This document shows positions 40,295-51,700 of a stretch of DNA of 64,000 nt, in pieces. Numbering within the stretch: the stretch's first letter is position 1; every line of letters starts with the position of its first letter. The notes under the pieces were generated by a model. The model made no database searches, was not told the origin of the DNA, and saw only the letters and a program-made list of their open reading frames with translations. A program made the position numbers and the translations under genes. The DNA comes from Spirochaetota bacterium (GTDB taxonomy: Bacteria; Spirochaetota; UBA4802; UBA5550), in NCBI GenBank assembly GCA_050298055.1, contig JBNKTL010000021.1, positions 1 to 64,000 of the forward strand. The letters run 5' to 3'.

Positions 40295-41185
40295 TCATAA
40301 AAGCGGATCAATCTCCCCGGGGAACCTCATCAGGTCACCCTTTTCAAAAACCCATTCAGGGGTGACAAGTTTTCCCGAAAACCTTATCGAGTACCAGGGA
40401 CTCAGTGAACTGTTTTGGGGATTCTTCAGTATGTGAATACTCTGCGCGGGCATATAGCTCTGGGCAAGAAGGAAGATCTTTTCACCGTTCATTTTATTTG
40501 TAGCAGTGTCTACGACAATTACCGCATGCCCCGGGGCACCCCCCTGTATAAAGATATCGCCAATATCAAGATCAGCTATTCTCTTTACCTTAACCAGTTC
40601 CCGGGAAAGGGAGAGGGAACCTGCATACTGGAATATCTTCTCCATGTATCTCCTGAAATTCCCGTATGAATAGTCCCTTGTGCTTTTCTTCTGGAAAAGC
40701 ACCCTCCTCCCTTTGACCACCGGACGGTATCCTTCGGCCCATTTAAGATAGTCTACCCTGTCTCCGGAAGTAAATTTAAAGTGTATCTTTCTTAACAACT
40801 TCTTTCGGAAGAGATACTCACCCCGCAGCCGAATAATCGCATCGGCACACTGCTGCAGGTCACGCCTGCCAACATCCATCTCTATAACTGCATAGTGAAT
40901 GCCCCGGTCGGGCTTTATCATCCCGTTATAATACCTCACAGGCGTTCCCGGTTTCATTAACCTCAAACCCCTGAGCCATTCACCGAAACTCCCTCTCGGC
41001 ATGGTATTTCTAGAAAATCCCGCGGGCAGAGGAATCCCGGACACACTGCTTCCCCGCCCGGGAGCGAAAGCATTCCCGGAATGCGGTTCACCGCAGGAAA
41101 AAAAGAAAATGAAAATTATCACTGCAAAGGGAGTTGGAACTCTGTCTCTCGATCCTGCCTTGCATTTTCGGTTTGGGAATTGCAT
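40295..41185 (-). CDS. DUF4846 family protein (probable lipoprotein)
   Basis: DLQQCADAIIRLRGEY, GDIFIQGGAPGHA, LAQSYMPAQ motifs; FFSC lipobox-like. Confidence 0.85.
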   Translation of the reverse strand: MQFPNRKCKAGSRDRVPTPFAVIIFIFFFSCGEPHSGNAFAPGRGSSVSGIPLPAGFSRNTMPRGSFGEWLRGLRLMKPGTPVRYYNGMIKPDRGIHYAVIEMDVGRRDLQQCADAIIRLRGEYLFRKKLLRKIHFKFTSGDRVDYLKWAEGYRPVVKGRRVLFQKKSTRDYSYGNFRRYMEKIFQYAGSLSLSRELVKVKRIADLDIGDIFIQGGAPGHAVIVVDTATNKMNGEKIFLLAQSYMPAQSIHILKNPQNSSLSPWYSIRFSGKLVTPEWVFEKGDLMRFPGEIDPLL

Positions 41186-41420
41186 ATGGTATTGTTATCT
41201 CCAGTAATGGGTAAAACTGCAAGTGACTATTATAAACATCAAATGTTTGGAGTCATTAAGAAAATCAACACCACAAAATCAGCCGCATATTTTCTGTATG
41301 GGTTGAGTTTATCTGTTATCTGTTTTTCAATTATGTGAAGAGGCCTGATAACTGACACCAATCCCAACTCATGTCTATTATCACATCAATTTTTAATGAG
41401 AGAGTTCAATTAAAAATTAC

Positions 41421-44400
41421 TTAAAAAAGATCAAGAAATGACTTAAAGCCCGCCTTAATTTTTGGTAAATCTGATAAATTTTTTAGAATCCAGGTTATTA
41501 ATGATCCAATCCCGGTTAATATACTTGCTACAATAATAAACCAGGTCTTTTTAAAGAATGGTTTTTTTTCTTTTGGAGTTACTATGGCAATATTTAATGG
41601 ATTTGTCTCACTGTAGTATTCATAGCCTACACTCTCTTTTTCTAAAAACTCAATACCTGAAAAAAGATTATCAACTTTCACAACTTTAAAACTGGACTGA
41701 CATTGAAGTTCTTGTATTTTCAGTTGTGCATTTTTCGCATTAATCAACGTTTTGTAATCAAATAAATATGGCTCTTTAGAGTCTCTGCATCGCTCACAAA
41801 CACAGGGGACCAGTTTTTTGGTTTTTAATTTTTTAAACTGCCGGTTTATCTCATCAATTTTACGGATAATTACCGCGCGAATATCTTCCTTCCGTTTTCC
41901 TTTTACTTTTATCTGGATCAGGTTTTTTTCATTAATTTCTATTACTTCCGCTTCAGTATCGTTAAAATCCAGCAAAATGCCGAAACGCCAAACCAGATCG
42001 TCTTTAATTTCTTCTTTCATTTCAACGATAAACTGCCACAATATTCCAGCCGGCATAAAAATTTCGTATTCGAAATGGAATTGAATGTTTTCTTTATTAT
42101 CCCAATGATATTTCGGTGCATCGTAGGGAAGCATCTGTGGTGCGATAATAAAACCATCTTTTTCATAAACCAGGTAGAATTTTTTCATAAGAGCGATAAT
42201 CTCCGGGACATAACCGGAATATTCATGAGAAAAGATCATTTCAATATCAGAGCGTTCAAATCGTCCCTGTTTTTTTGCTAAACTTTTGTCATCAAGAATC
42301 ATGTAAGCGGCATCCAGAACCCACTCCTTATCTACAAAAATGAGCCGATGCAGGACATCGTCATTCTTGAAATGCAAAAATATACCTAAATCATTGAAAA
42401 ACTCGCAAACAATATCCTGGTCTTTATGTACTGTTAGTTGGTGTTTGGTACAAAGTTCACGGTAAGTTTTTAAAGATATAACTTTTTCATTTTCTAATTC
42501 AGCTATTTCTTCCCTTACTTTTTTCCAATTAGCGGGAATAGGATCACCGATATGTTTTAAATGGCTAATCTCATATTTTAGTTTATCCATTAAATTATCG
42601 AAACGTTCATCAGTGTTTTTAAAATTAACTTCCTTTTTATCTTTTAAATGAGAAAAACGTATTTGTAACTTTTGATAAGGGAGATCGCGCTTGCGGTCTT
42701 CCTTTTCGTTGATAACGATCAATACAGGGCTTTCTTCACCAAATAGTTCTACAGTGTGTAACCAGTAGTAAAAGTCTGTATTTTCTTTACGAGCATCAGC
42801 CAAAATTGTATAAAAAGAACGATGAGTCAGGAAAAAACGGTGAGTTGCTTTATAAATAGATTGGCCACCAAAATCCCAGATATTCACTGTAATTTCCATT
42901 TCCCCCTGATTATATATGTTATAGATGAATTTCCATTTTTTGACGTCAATACCGCGGGTGGTCTCTTCTTCTTCAGGCATCCTGGCAGTTTTGTCTTTTA
43001 TTTTTCGGGCAAAGGTTGTTTTTCCTGCACCTGGTTCACCAAGAATCAGCAGTTTAGCTTCATAAATATAATCTGTTCCTTCTTTTTCGATGTCTTTAAA
43101 GTACTTACGAATTGCATCATTACCCTGTTTAACAACCTGCAACGGTGGACTTTCCAGAGGATTACCGTATAAATTTATACATTTTTTTTCTCTTTTATCT
43201 TCTATCTTAATATCTAATCTATTTTCAACTAGCCAGGATTCAAAGTTTTTAATATTATTATCAGCTAAATCAACAGTATTGTAGCTTTTCATTTCTTTCA
43301 AAAAAGAAACATCGCTTAAATCATTGTTCCTTAATGACAGAGAAATCAGCCCTTTCAGTTCTTTCAGAAAAGAAACATTACTTAAATAATTGTTCATTAA
43401 TGACAGAGAAGTCAACCCTTGCATTTTCTGCAGAAAAGAAACATCACTTAAATAATTATAACTTAAATCGAGAGAAGTTAGATCTTCCATCTCCTTTAAA
43501 AAAGAAACATCACTTATATCATTGTTTCTTAATGAGAGAGAAGACAACCCTTTGATTTCTTTCAGAAAAGTAACATCGCTTATATTATTGTAACTTAGAC
43601 AAAGAGAAGTCAGTTCTTCCATCTCCTGCAGAAAAGAAACATCACTTAAATAATTATAACTCAAATCGAGAGAAGTCAGACCTTTCATTTCCTTTAAAAA
43701 AGAAACATCACTTAAATTATTGTAACTCAAATCGAGAGAAGTCAGACCTTCTATCTCCTGTAAAAAAGAAACATCATTTAAATCATTGTTCCTTAACGAG
43801 AGAGAAGCCAGTCTTTTCAGTTCTTGAGGAAAAGGCATATACTTTAATTTACTATTACTTAAATCAAGAGAAGTCAAACATTTAAACTCCTTCAGAAATG
43901 AAACATCACTTAAATCATTGTAACTTAAAGCAAGGGAAGTCAGGCCTCCCATCTCCTTCAGAAAAGAAACATCACTTAATTTATTATAACTTAAATCGAG
44001 AGAAGTCAGGCCCTCCATATCCTTTAAAAAAGAAACATCCCTTAAATTATTATAACTCAGATCAAGAGAAGTCAGACCTTCCATCTCTTTTAAAAAAGAA
44101 ACATCACTTATATTATTGCAACTAAGATTGAGAGAAATCAGACCTTCCATCTCTTTAAGAAAAGAAATGTCTTTTATATTTTTATTACTACTTAAACTGA
44201 GAGAAGTCAGACCTTCCATCTCCTTCAGAAAAGAAAAATCTTTTATATTTCTATTATCACTTAAATCGAGAAAAGTCAGACCTCCCATCTCCTTTAAAAA
44301 AGAAACATCGTTTAAACAAATAGATCGCATACTTAAAAATATTAAGTTTTTAAATTCCATGAAGAAGTTCTTTGGCAAGAGAAAACAGGGGGAATAATCC

Positions 44401-44609
44401 AAGGAAAAACCGGTTATGTTACCGGACTCATTAACAGAATAATTTCTGGCACCTTTATATGGGGAACTTTGCTTCTCCCGATCGTATAGAGATAACTCAA
44501 AGGGATTAATTATGTAAAATTGCTTTACATCTCTTTTGTCCGTATCTACCTTCTTTAGTTTAAAACCAAAAGTTTCTTCAATAACCTGTAGATATTCCAA
44601 ATCGCTCAT
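41421..44609 (-). CDS. Roco protein: LRR-Roc GTPase-COR with C-terminal TM helix
   Basis: 16 LRRs; GEPGAGKT, TRGID, WDFGGQ; COR-like region; CxCxxC...C motif; hydrophobic C-terminal segment. Confidence 0.92.
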   Translation of the reverse strand: MSDLEYLQVIEETFGFKLKKVDTDKRDVKQFYIINPFELSLYDREKQSSPYKGARNYSVNESGNITGFSLDYSPCFLLPKNFFMEFKNLIFLSMRSICLNDVSFLKEMGGLTFLDLSDNRNIKDFSFLKEMEGLTSLSLSSNKNIKDISFLKEMEGLISLNLSCNNISDVSFLKEMEGLTSLDLSYNNLRDVSFLKDMEGLTSLDLSYNKLSDVSFLKEMGGLTSLALSYNDLSDVSFLKEFKCLTSLDLSNSKLKYMPFPQELKRLASLSLRNNDLNDVSFLQEIEGLTSLDLSYNNLSDVSFLKEMKGLTSLDLSYNYLSDVSFLQEMEELTSLCLSYNNISDVTFLKEIKGLSSLSLRNNDISDVSFLKEMEDLTSLDLSYNYLSDVSFLQKMQGLTSLSLMNNYLSNVSFLKELKGLISLSLRNNDLSDVSFLKEMKSYNTVDLADNNIKNFESWLVENRLDIKIEDKREKKCINLYGNPLESPPLQVVKQGNDAIRKYFKDIEKEGTDYIYEAKLLILGEPGAGKTTFARKIKDKTARMPEEEETTRGIDVKKWKFIYNIYNQGEMEITVNIWDFGGQSIYKATHRFFLTHRSFYTILADARKENTDFYYWLHTVELFGEESPVLIVINEKEDRKRDLPYQKLQIRFSHLKDKKEVNFKNTDERFDNLMDKLKYEISHLKHIGDPIPANWKKVREEIAELENEKVISLKTYRELCTKHQLTVHKDQDIVCEFFNDLGIFLHFKNDDVLHRLIFVDKEWVLDAAYMILDDKSLAKKQGRFERSDIEMIFSHEYSGYVPEIIALMKKFYLVYEKDGFIIAPQMLPYDAPKYHWDNKENIQFHFEYEIFMPAGILWQFIVEMKEEIKDDLVWRFGILLDFNDTEAEVIEINEKNLIQIKVKGKRKEDIRAVIIRKIDEINRQFKKLKTKKLVPCVCERCRDSKEPYLFDYKTLINAKNAQLKIQELQCQSSFKVVKVDNLFSGIEFLEKESVGYEYYSETNPLNIAIVTPKEKKPFFKKTWFIIVASILTGIGSLITWILKNLSDLPKIKAGFKSFLDLF
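43284..44345 (-). repeat. Intragenic 66-bp tandem repeat array encoding 16 LRR units
   Basis: Consensus LTSLDLSYNxLSDVSFLKEMEG; fourteen 22-aa and two 23-aa units. Confidence 0.92.
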
Positions 44610-45384
44610 ATAACTCCCTCAAACAATGAAACTCAAAATGAAATCATTCACTACTTCCCAAGCTGAGTAGAAATAATTATATAAAAGTAAAATTTATAAA
44701 TAAAAAACATACCTTATATATCCCCGCTTCTTTCAGTAGGATAGACACATTCTTGATATTAAAAAAATCTATATAAAAACACTCTTCATACTTTCGACCA
44801 TCATAGAGGACTGTTTTTAACAATAAATTCAATACCCTTAAAGTGCCCGGATTACTTATATTAACTCGTTCTCATCTGCATAAAAAAAGAGGAAAAACCA
44901 CAATATTATATCACTGTAAAATAATACACCCGTCATGCTAGCTGTCAATATTAATTCTTTCAAAGTTCCCCATCCCACTCACACATAGGTTTTAAAATAG
45001 AAATGAAATCAGGAGATGGGGTATATAGTTAAAAGACTAACACCTGTTGGGCAACAAAACTCTGTGTTGCAACTAATTGAAGTTATAAAAAGAAAATGGG
45101 CAATTTATTTTTTTTTATGAAAATCAAAGTTCCAGATGAAAGGACAAGTTTTGATAGAGCCGTCATGAAAAAGGCCAATCGGCATACTGCAAGAATGCCG
45201 TATACACCGATTAACCCTTCCGGCATTCGATAAGAGCATTTCTTGTGTTTGTTTTTTAGGCAAATAAAGAAATGAACATCCTGTTTGTCCCGGCTCCCGG
45301 GACAAACAGGCGGGTAAGACACATAAAATTACAATTCGAAATTGAAATCTCCTCACAGGTAAAATCTGTAAATAAAAGAAGGGA

Positions 45385-46440
45385 TTAAGCTTCTTTGACT
45401 ATTCCATTTATGATTTCTAAAAACTTTTCGGGCTCCTCGTACATCACACCATGGGCTGAATTATCAAAAACAACGAAATTTTTTTCCGGGGCTTTTAATC
45501 CCTCAAAAAACTCCCGGGCAACCGAAAGAGGCACCTGGTTGTCAAAAGCCCCGTGAAAAAAGTAGACGGGAACTTTCACTGACTTTATCTCTTTCTGCAG
45601 TTGAATATCTCTTATATCATCATACAGGCATTTTAATGAAAATGCAGCCCCTTTCGGATAATTAAGTTTTTCTCGCAGAGAATAGACCTGGGATTTCAAT
45701 ATATCTTTCATCCATGGCCAGATACTCTTATCCTTATGAAACGCGGCCCCTCCAAAATAGCGCACCCACTTGAGTTTAATCCCCTTTCCTCTCTCTCCGC
45801 TGGAATGCATTTCCCGCTGTTTTCCTAATTTTTCCAGTTCTTTCACCGCACTCATATTGTTCGCCTCTTTTGCCTGCTCCAGGACCCTCTCGTAGGTCAA
45901 AAGTTCTTCCCTTTGAACATCAGATGTCTGCGCAATGGCAAGATATGCATGATAATCTTCAGGATACTGATGTACGGCTCTTATCCCTATGAGGCTCCCC
46001 CAGGAATGGCCCATGAGATAAATTTTTTCCTTTCCAAATTTCTCTTTAAGGTATTGTGTCAACTCATGGGTGTCAGCTATAAATTGATTGACATTCATGC
46101 TTTCGGGAGGAGTCTCTTTTGAGAACGATTTTCCCGATCCCCTCTGGTCCCAGGAAACAACGGTAATGATATTTTCCAGATCTGAATTATACTTTAGAAG
46201 AAAAGGCGTTTCAGGTGTCCCGGGCCCCCCGTGAAGAAAGAGCAGTACAGGATTGTTCTGATCTGCTCCGCGGATGCTTAACCATTGCTCAGAGTTTCCC
46301 AGTGTCACTTCAACCCATTTCGTAATGCTGTTTTCCAAAGGCATTCCGTTTTCATAGGTTATTCTCGGCTGCTTTTCCCTGAAGAAGAAGGTCATTGCAA
46401 TAACAAAAAATAAAGTTATGAAAAATGATATTAAATACAT
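45385..46440 (-). CDS. Alpha/beta hydrolase (proline iminopeptidase-like) with N-terminal anchor
   Basis: HGGPG, DQRGSG, GHSWG, SAH motifs. Confidence 0.9.
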   Translation of the reverse strand: MYLISFFITLFFVIAMTFFFREKQPRITYENGMPLENSITKWVEVTLGNSEQWLSIRGADQNNPVLLFLHGGPGTPETPFLLKYNSDLENIITVVSWDQRGSGKSFSKETPPESMNVNQFIADTHELTQYLKEKFGKEKIYLMGHSWGSLIGIRAVHQYPEDYHAYLAIAQTSDVQREELLTYERVLEQAKEANNMSAVKELEKLGKQREMHSSGERGKGIKLKWVRYFGGAAFHKDKSIWPWMKDILKSQVYSLREKLNYPKGAAFSLKCLYDDIRDIQLQKEIKSVKVPVYFFHGAFDNQVPLSVAREFFEGLKAPEKNFVVFDNSAHGVMYEEPEKFLEIINGIVKEA

Positions 46441-46529
46441 TAGAGACCTCTTGATGGCATCATATATTTGTTGCTGATTTCAGAGTTACTCCTCATCAAA
46501 TACCCGGGGGAAAAAACAATACAATTATC

Positions 46530-46622
46530 GCAACGATTCAGCTGCATGGCTAAAAGATACACACATCAGTTATCTTTTATCCATATTAAGATCACTATTT
46601 TTATACACAGCTGAGCAGTAAC
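46530..46622. mobile_element. MITE-like element, GTAACTACTCAG family (copy 5)
   Basis: GCAACGATTCAGCTGCATGGC ... TATACACAGCTGAGCAGTAAC. Confidence 0.65.
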
Positions 46623-46800
46623 AATTTATCTTTTATATATAAAACCAAATTTATTTTGATCTGAAAGTAAAGCAAATCTTATTTTTCATAAAAATGATAT
46701 CCTGAGGAATGGCAGTGAATTAAATTTTGGTATGATATACATACGAATCACCAATAAAAATTTCCTCTTAACAAAAAATGATCCGCCTGTCAGTGGATTT

Positions 46801-48312
46801 TTACCGGTCATTTCGGCAGAAGATGTCAATGGTCTTTCCATCCACAGCGAGAATCACATTGCCGTTTTGCAGAGTCAGGGCTTCACCTGTTTGCCAGTGC
46901 TTCAATCCTCCGCTTATCATCTTCACAACGCGCCGCGGGATGACCGACGTGTTCAGGTTCAAACGGATAGGGGCGGACATCTTCATATAGCCGTTGTTAA
47001 TGATCACCAGGGCCACATCGTCCGCCGCAATGCGCAGGAACGCGTAAACCAGTTCGTCCGACCAGAGTGTTATGGTCGCACCATATTTCAAAGCGGCATT
47101 CCCCCTGCGCAGGCGGATAAGGTCCCGGGTCCACTCATAGATCTCCTGTTCCTTCCGGAACTGCTGTTTCGGATGATTGTCATCGCCGATCAGGTGCCAG
47201 GGAAAATCACGGCGCAGGTCACGGTCATCCTCCGCCTTCCATCCCTCGAGCCCGATCTCGGTTCCGTAGTAAATCTGAGGGATCCCGCGAATAGTGAAGA
47301 GAGCGCCCAGGCAGAGTTTTGTGACCCGCACTGCCCAGTCAAGCCCTTCACCCCCGCCGGTATGTTTTGTCCGGGCATGGCTCATGATGCGCCTGTCCAG
47401 GTCATGGTTATCGAGAAGTGTGACGAGGCTGTTGGCGTTCCGGTACCCGTTCCTAAAGGGATTGTCATTATCAAGCACCCCCAGCGGTTCTTCATCGTTC
47501 AGCCGGGGACGGGCGAGCCAGTATTGAAGACTTTCGTCGTAAATGAGTGTAGACCTCAGCGCCGTGCAGAGGGGAAAGTCAAAAATTGAATCAAAGTCAT
47601 GGTAGTTCTGATACTGAAGCAGCCGGGCGACGTCCTCCTTTCTCTCACACAATACTTCCCCGATGAGACAGATATCGGGATACTTGCCGCGGATCTGCGA
47701 CTTGAAATAGTGCCAGAACTTCGGCTCAACATGTTTCACCGTATCCATGCGGATATTGGTAACCCTGCCCCGGGTAATCCAGTCTTCGATGTTGTTGATG
47801 AAAAAGTCGAGGACCTCGGGATTATCATGATTGAGGTCCGGCAGGCCCGCCAGTTCCCCTTTGATATCCCCCGTTCCCCCCATATTGAACCAGGAGGGAT
47901 CAAACTCTCCCCGGGCCCCGTATCCCACGTGGTTTACGATCATGTCAAGGACAACCTTCATCCCCCTGGCTTCACACCGGTCAACGAATTTTCCGAAGGT
48001 CTTCATCTCCGGCGCACCGGGCAGATGGGTCCCGTCAAGGAGACGTTTGTCAATCTGCTCAAAGTTAAGGGGCCAGTAGTAGTGGTAAGGCTCCGAGGGT
48101 CCGTTATTCCGGATATTTTCATAAACCGGGGACACCCAGATGGTGGTCACTCCCAGTTCAATGAGATAATCAAGTTTATCCAGAATACCGTCCAGAGTCC
48201 CTCCGTGGATACTCGTATCCGACGGATCGGCACTCCGTTTGTTCCTGCCGAAAAACCGGTCTGTTACAAGAAAGTAAATAACATCATCCTGGGTAACCCG
48301 TGTATTCATCAT
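46801..48312 (-). CDS. GH13 alpha-amylase family glycoside hydrolase (no signal peptide)
   Basis: DMIVNH, RMDTVKH, GEV, DNHD, YYGTE conserved regions. Confidence 0.93.
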   Translation of the reverse strand: MMNTRVTQDDVIYFLVTDRFFGRNKRSADPSDTSIHGGTLDGILDKLDYLIELGVTTIWVSPVYENIRNNGPSEPYHYYWPLNFEQIDKRLLDGTHLPGAPEMKTFGKFVDRCEARGMKVVLDMIVNHVGYGARGEFDPSWFNMGGTGDIKGELAGLPDLNHDNPEVLDFFINNIEDWITRGRVTNIRMDTVKHVEPKFWHYFKSQIRGKYPDICLIGEVLCERKEDVARLLQYQNYHDFDSIFDFPLCTALRSTLIYDESLQYWLARPRLNDEEPLGVLDNDNPFRNGYRNANSLVTLLDNHDLDRRIMSHARTKHTGGGEGLDWAVRVTKLCLGALFTIRGIPQIYYGTEIGLEGWKAEDDRDLRRDFPWHLIGDDNHPKQQFRKEQEIYEWTRDLIRLRRGNAALKYGATITLWSDELVYAFLRIAADDVALVIINNGYMKMSAPIRLNLNTSVIPRRVVKMISGGLKHWQTGEALTLQNGNVILAVDGKTIDIFCRNDR

Positions 48313-48706
48313 CTTATCCCCCAAATCAGAATGAATAATCTCACAGCAGCCAAGATATTTTGAAAATGTACCGTATATTACAGCTATTGGAATAATATGT
48401 AAAGAAGAAAACTTATCTTCAGGACCCCAGGGATATTATAAATCCCGTATAATTCTTGCTCCCAGAACAGCCCCGGACAACAGGATAATCGCTATCATAG
48501 CTCCCAGCATTTTATAATCCTCCCAAAATAATGAAAAAAGGAATTTTTTTAACTTCAGACCATTACATCAAAAGACCGGATGATGAGAGAAATGGTTGCA
48601 AAAAAAATACATAGCTGAATTTTAGTTGACATTATCAAATTTATGATTATTAAATTCACACTTATAACAAGCTTGATTAAACCTCAATTGGAAAAGGGAT
48701 AAAAAA

Positions 48707-51700
48707 ATGAAGTATCTTCTTCAAAAAGTGCTTATGTGTTCCATTGTACTGCTCATTTTTTTAATTGTTACCCAATCGGACGTGATTAGCGCGGAAGACC
48801 AGGACAAAATGGACATGGTAATCCAGAACGGTCATTCCCTGGGGTCGTTGAGATTACACTATTCGCCGGATGGGAATTATATTATTACAGCAAGTAATTC
48901 ACAGGTTATTATAAGAAATAATGAAGGGATCATCTTAAAAAAGATTCACGCTCATATGGGCAGTATATACGCGCTGGCGGTTTCACCGGACGGGAAATAT
49001 GTAGTAACCGGTGCAACGGATAAGATTGTGAAAATATGGAACTATTACGGAAAGCAAATTCATCAATTAAGCGGGCATACCGAAAGTATTGATAAAGTAT
49101 TAATAAGCAGCGACAGCAAAGAGATTGTATCTGTGTCGAAAAATGAAATTATAATCTGGGATTTTAAAGGGAAAATATTAAGAACTTTAAATATAAAACA
49201 TCAACGAAGTATCGGGCAGGCCGGGCTGACACCCGATAAAAAGAAAATTATAACTACTTCAGACGATGATACAATTAAAATATGGGACTCTTTTACGGGA
49301 AATTTATTAAAATCAATTCGGGTAAAGAACACAAAATCAGGTCTTGTTCTTTCTCCCGATGGGACGAAATTTTATACCTGCGCATGGAGTGATAAATTAA
49401 TTGAAGTCTGGGATATAAAGGGAAACAAATTAAAAGAATTCAAAACCGGTTTTCATTCATCAAACCTTTTTATAAATAAAAAGGAAAATCTTCTTATTGC
49501 TTTGAGCGGCCAGGATTTGTATCTTCTTGATCATCAGGGGAGTGTTAAATTCAGAAAAATAAAGAAGAACAGCAGTCAGGGTAGTTTTGTGACCGCGGCA
49601 TTTCATCCGAACCTTCGTAAAATTGCAGTATTTCAGGAAAAAGACAAAAATTTAAACATGGTACTGTTTAATTACAAAGGTGATGAAATATTTAAAGCAA
49701 ATAAATCCATGAGCACCATGAAACGAGTTGCTTTTTTGCCGGGAACGAACCGTTTTATAACCTGGTCAACGGACAGGCGGTTCAGAATATGGGAATTGAA
49801 CGGTAATCTTCATAAGTCTTTTGAACCCTACTATTATTTTTCAGTTGCTTACCCAATGGCAGTCAGTAAAAATGGGAAATACCTGGCGTTTTCATATGGC
49901 CGGCCTTTTGTCGGCAACCGGTATGTTTATATCTACACCATAAGAAACGGAAGTATCGATCGTTATATTTACAAATCAATATATGTTGATTATAAGGGAA
50001 AATATACACCCTTTGTCAAGAAACTCTCATTTCATCCCAATAACAACTGGATCGCTGTTGCAATGTCCGATGAGACGGTAAAACTTTATACTCTTCAGGG
50101 CAGGCATATAAAAACATTTGACGGACACAACGGAGAAATAACCAGCATATCATTTTCATCAGACGGTAAACATTTTATTTCAGGAACTCCCTACCAGATA
50201 ATTTTGTGGCATACCAGCGGTCGAAAAGTCAAAGAAGTAAAGAAAAAAGAATATGTGAAATACCAGAGATTTACACCTGACGGAAAATATATTGTCTCCC
50301 TGAATGATGATAATATCCAGATCTATAGCAGATGGTTAAAGCCTCTCAAACAATTTAATTTACAGATAAAAGAAGCATCCCAAAATTATTTTTATAAAAT
50401 TTCATCATGGGCAATAAGCCCTGACAGCAAAATGATTGCCATTGGATATATGGGAGGGATGATAAAAATCTACGATTTAAAAGGGAAACTGATCAAATTC
50501 TTAAAAGGCGGGCATAAAGAAAAAATAACCGGTATTGCTTTCAGTCCCGACAACCGGTTATTATTGACCGGGTCCTGGGATTCTACCGCCTGCATCTGGA
50601 ATATTGATAATGGCAGCAGGTATACATATGTTGCCAGTAACGGGGAATGGGTATTCTATAGTAATGACGGGTATTATGACTCGTCAAAAAACGGAGGCAA
50701 TCTCGTAAAAATGGTTATGGGATTAACTCCCTACAGCATAGATCAATTCGCAATCCGTAATAACAGGCCTGATCTCATTTTAAAAAAAACCGGGACCGGG
50801 GACCCTTCTCTCATAGACCACTACTATAACCAGTATAAGCGCCGCCTCAGAAGGTTCGGGATGTCAGAATCCGATTTAAAATCTGACTTTCATGTCCCGG
50901 AAGTTAAAATACTGGAAAAAGACATATCCGGGAAAAACGTTAATCTTGAGTTCCGGATCAGTGACACAAAATATGATTTAAGAAGCTACAATATCTATGT
51001 TAATGATGTTCCCCTCTTTGGAGCATATGGAAAGAAGGTAAGCGGACAAAAAAAAATAATCAATGAAGAGATAGAGCTCTCTGAAGGAAATAATAAAATT
51101 GAAGTCTCATGCTATAATGCTATAGGTTTTGAATCTTACCGGGCAATAACTTATGTCGATTATCAAAAGAAAAATACGAACGATCTTTATTTTATCGGAT
51201 TTGGAGTTTCTCAATATAAAAATAAGGATTTGAATTTAAAATACGCCCACAAAGATGTAACAGACCTTGCGGAAATGTTTAATAAGATGAAGGGCAAATA
51301 TTACAGGAACATTTATTCCAGAACCTATCTGGACAACAGGGTGACACGGAAAAATATTCGTGAAGCAAAAGATTTATTGAGCAAAGCAGGTGTGGATGAT
51401 ACATTCGTTCTTTTTATTGCAGGGCATGGTGTTCATGACGTTGATAAAGCAAGCACCTATTACTTTTTGACACATGATACCGATATCAATAACCTTTCCG
51501 GAACTGCCGCACCCTTTGAAATGATTGAAAGTCTTTTACTGGATATTAAACCGCGAAAAAAATTATTTTTAATGGACACCTGCGAATCAGGGGAACTTGA
51601 AGATAATCAGGAAATGAATTATTATAAATCGGCAGGAACCAGGGGGATAAAGCCCAGGGCCGTCAGAGCTTTTAAATTAAAAAAATTAAGAAAGAAAAAA

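Noticed and set aside
43284..44345. Possible CRISPR array or DGR target suggested by regular repeats
   Set aside because: The 66-bp period is in-frame LRR coding with no unique spacers. No cas genes, reverse transcriptase or template repeat are in the window.
45035..45088. attC-like structure (GACTAAC...GCAACA/TGTTGC...GTTATAA)
   Set aside because: The core sites and L boxes are imperfect, it is a single copy, and there is no integrase or cassette array.
44620..45380. Short ORFs between the Roco and hydrolase genes
   Set aside because: They have no convincing RBS, motif or coding-like composition.
46732..48363. Long + strand ORFs (285 and 254 aa)
   Set aside because: They are antisense shadows of the GC-rich GH13 gene and have no motifs.
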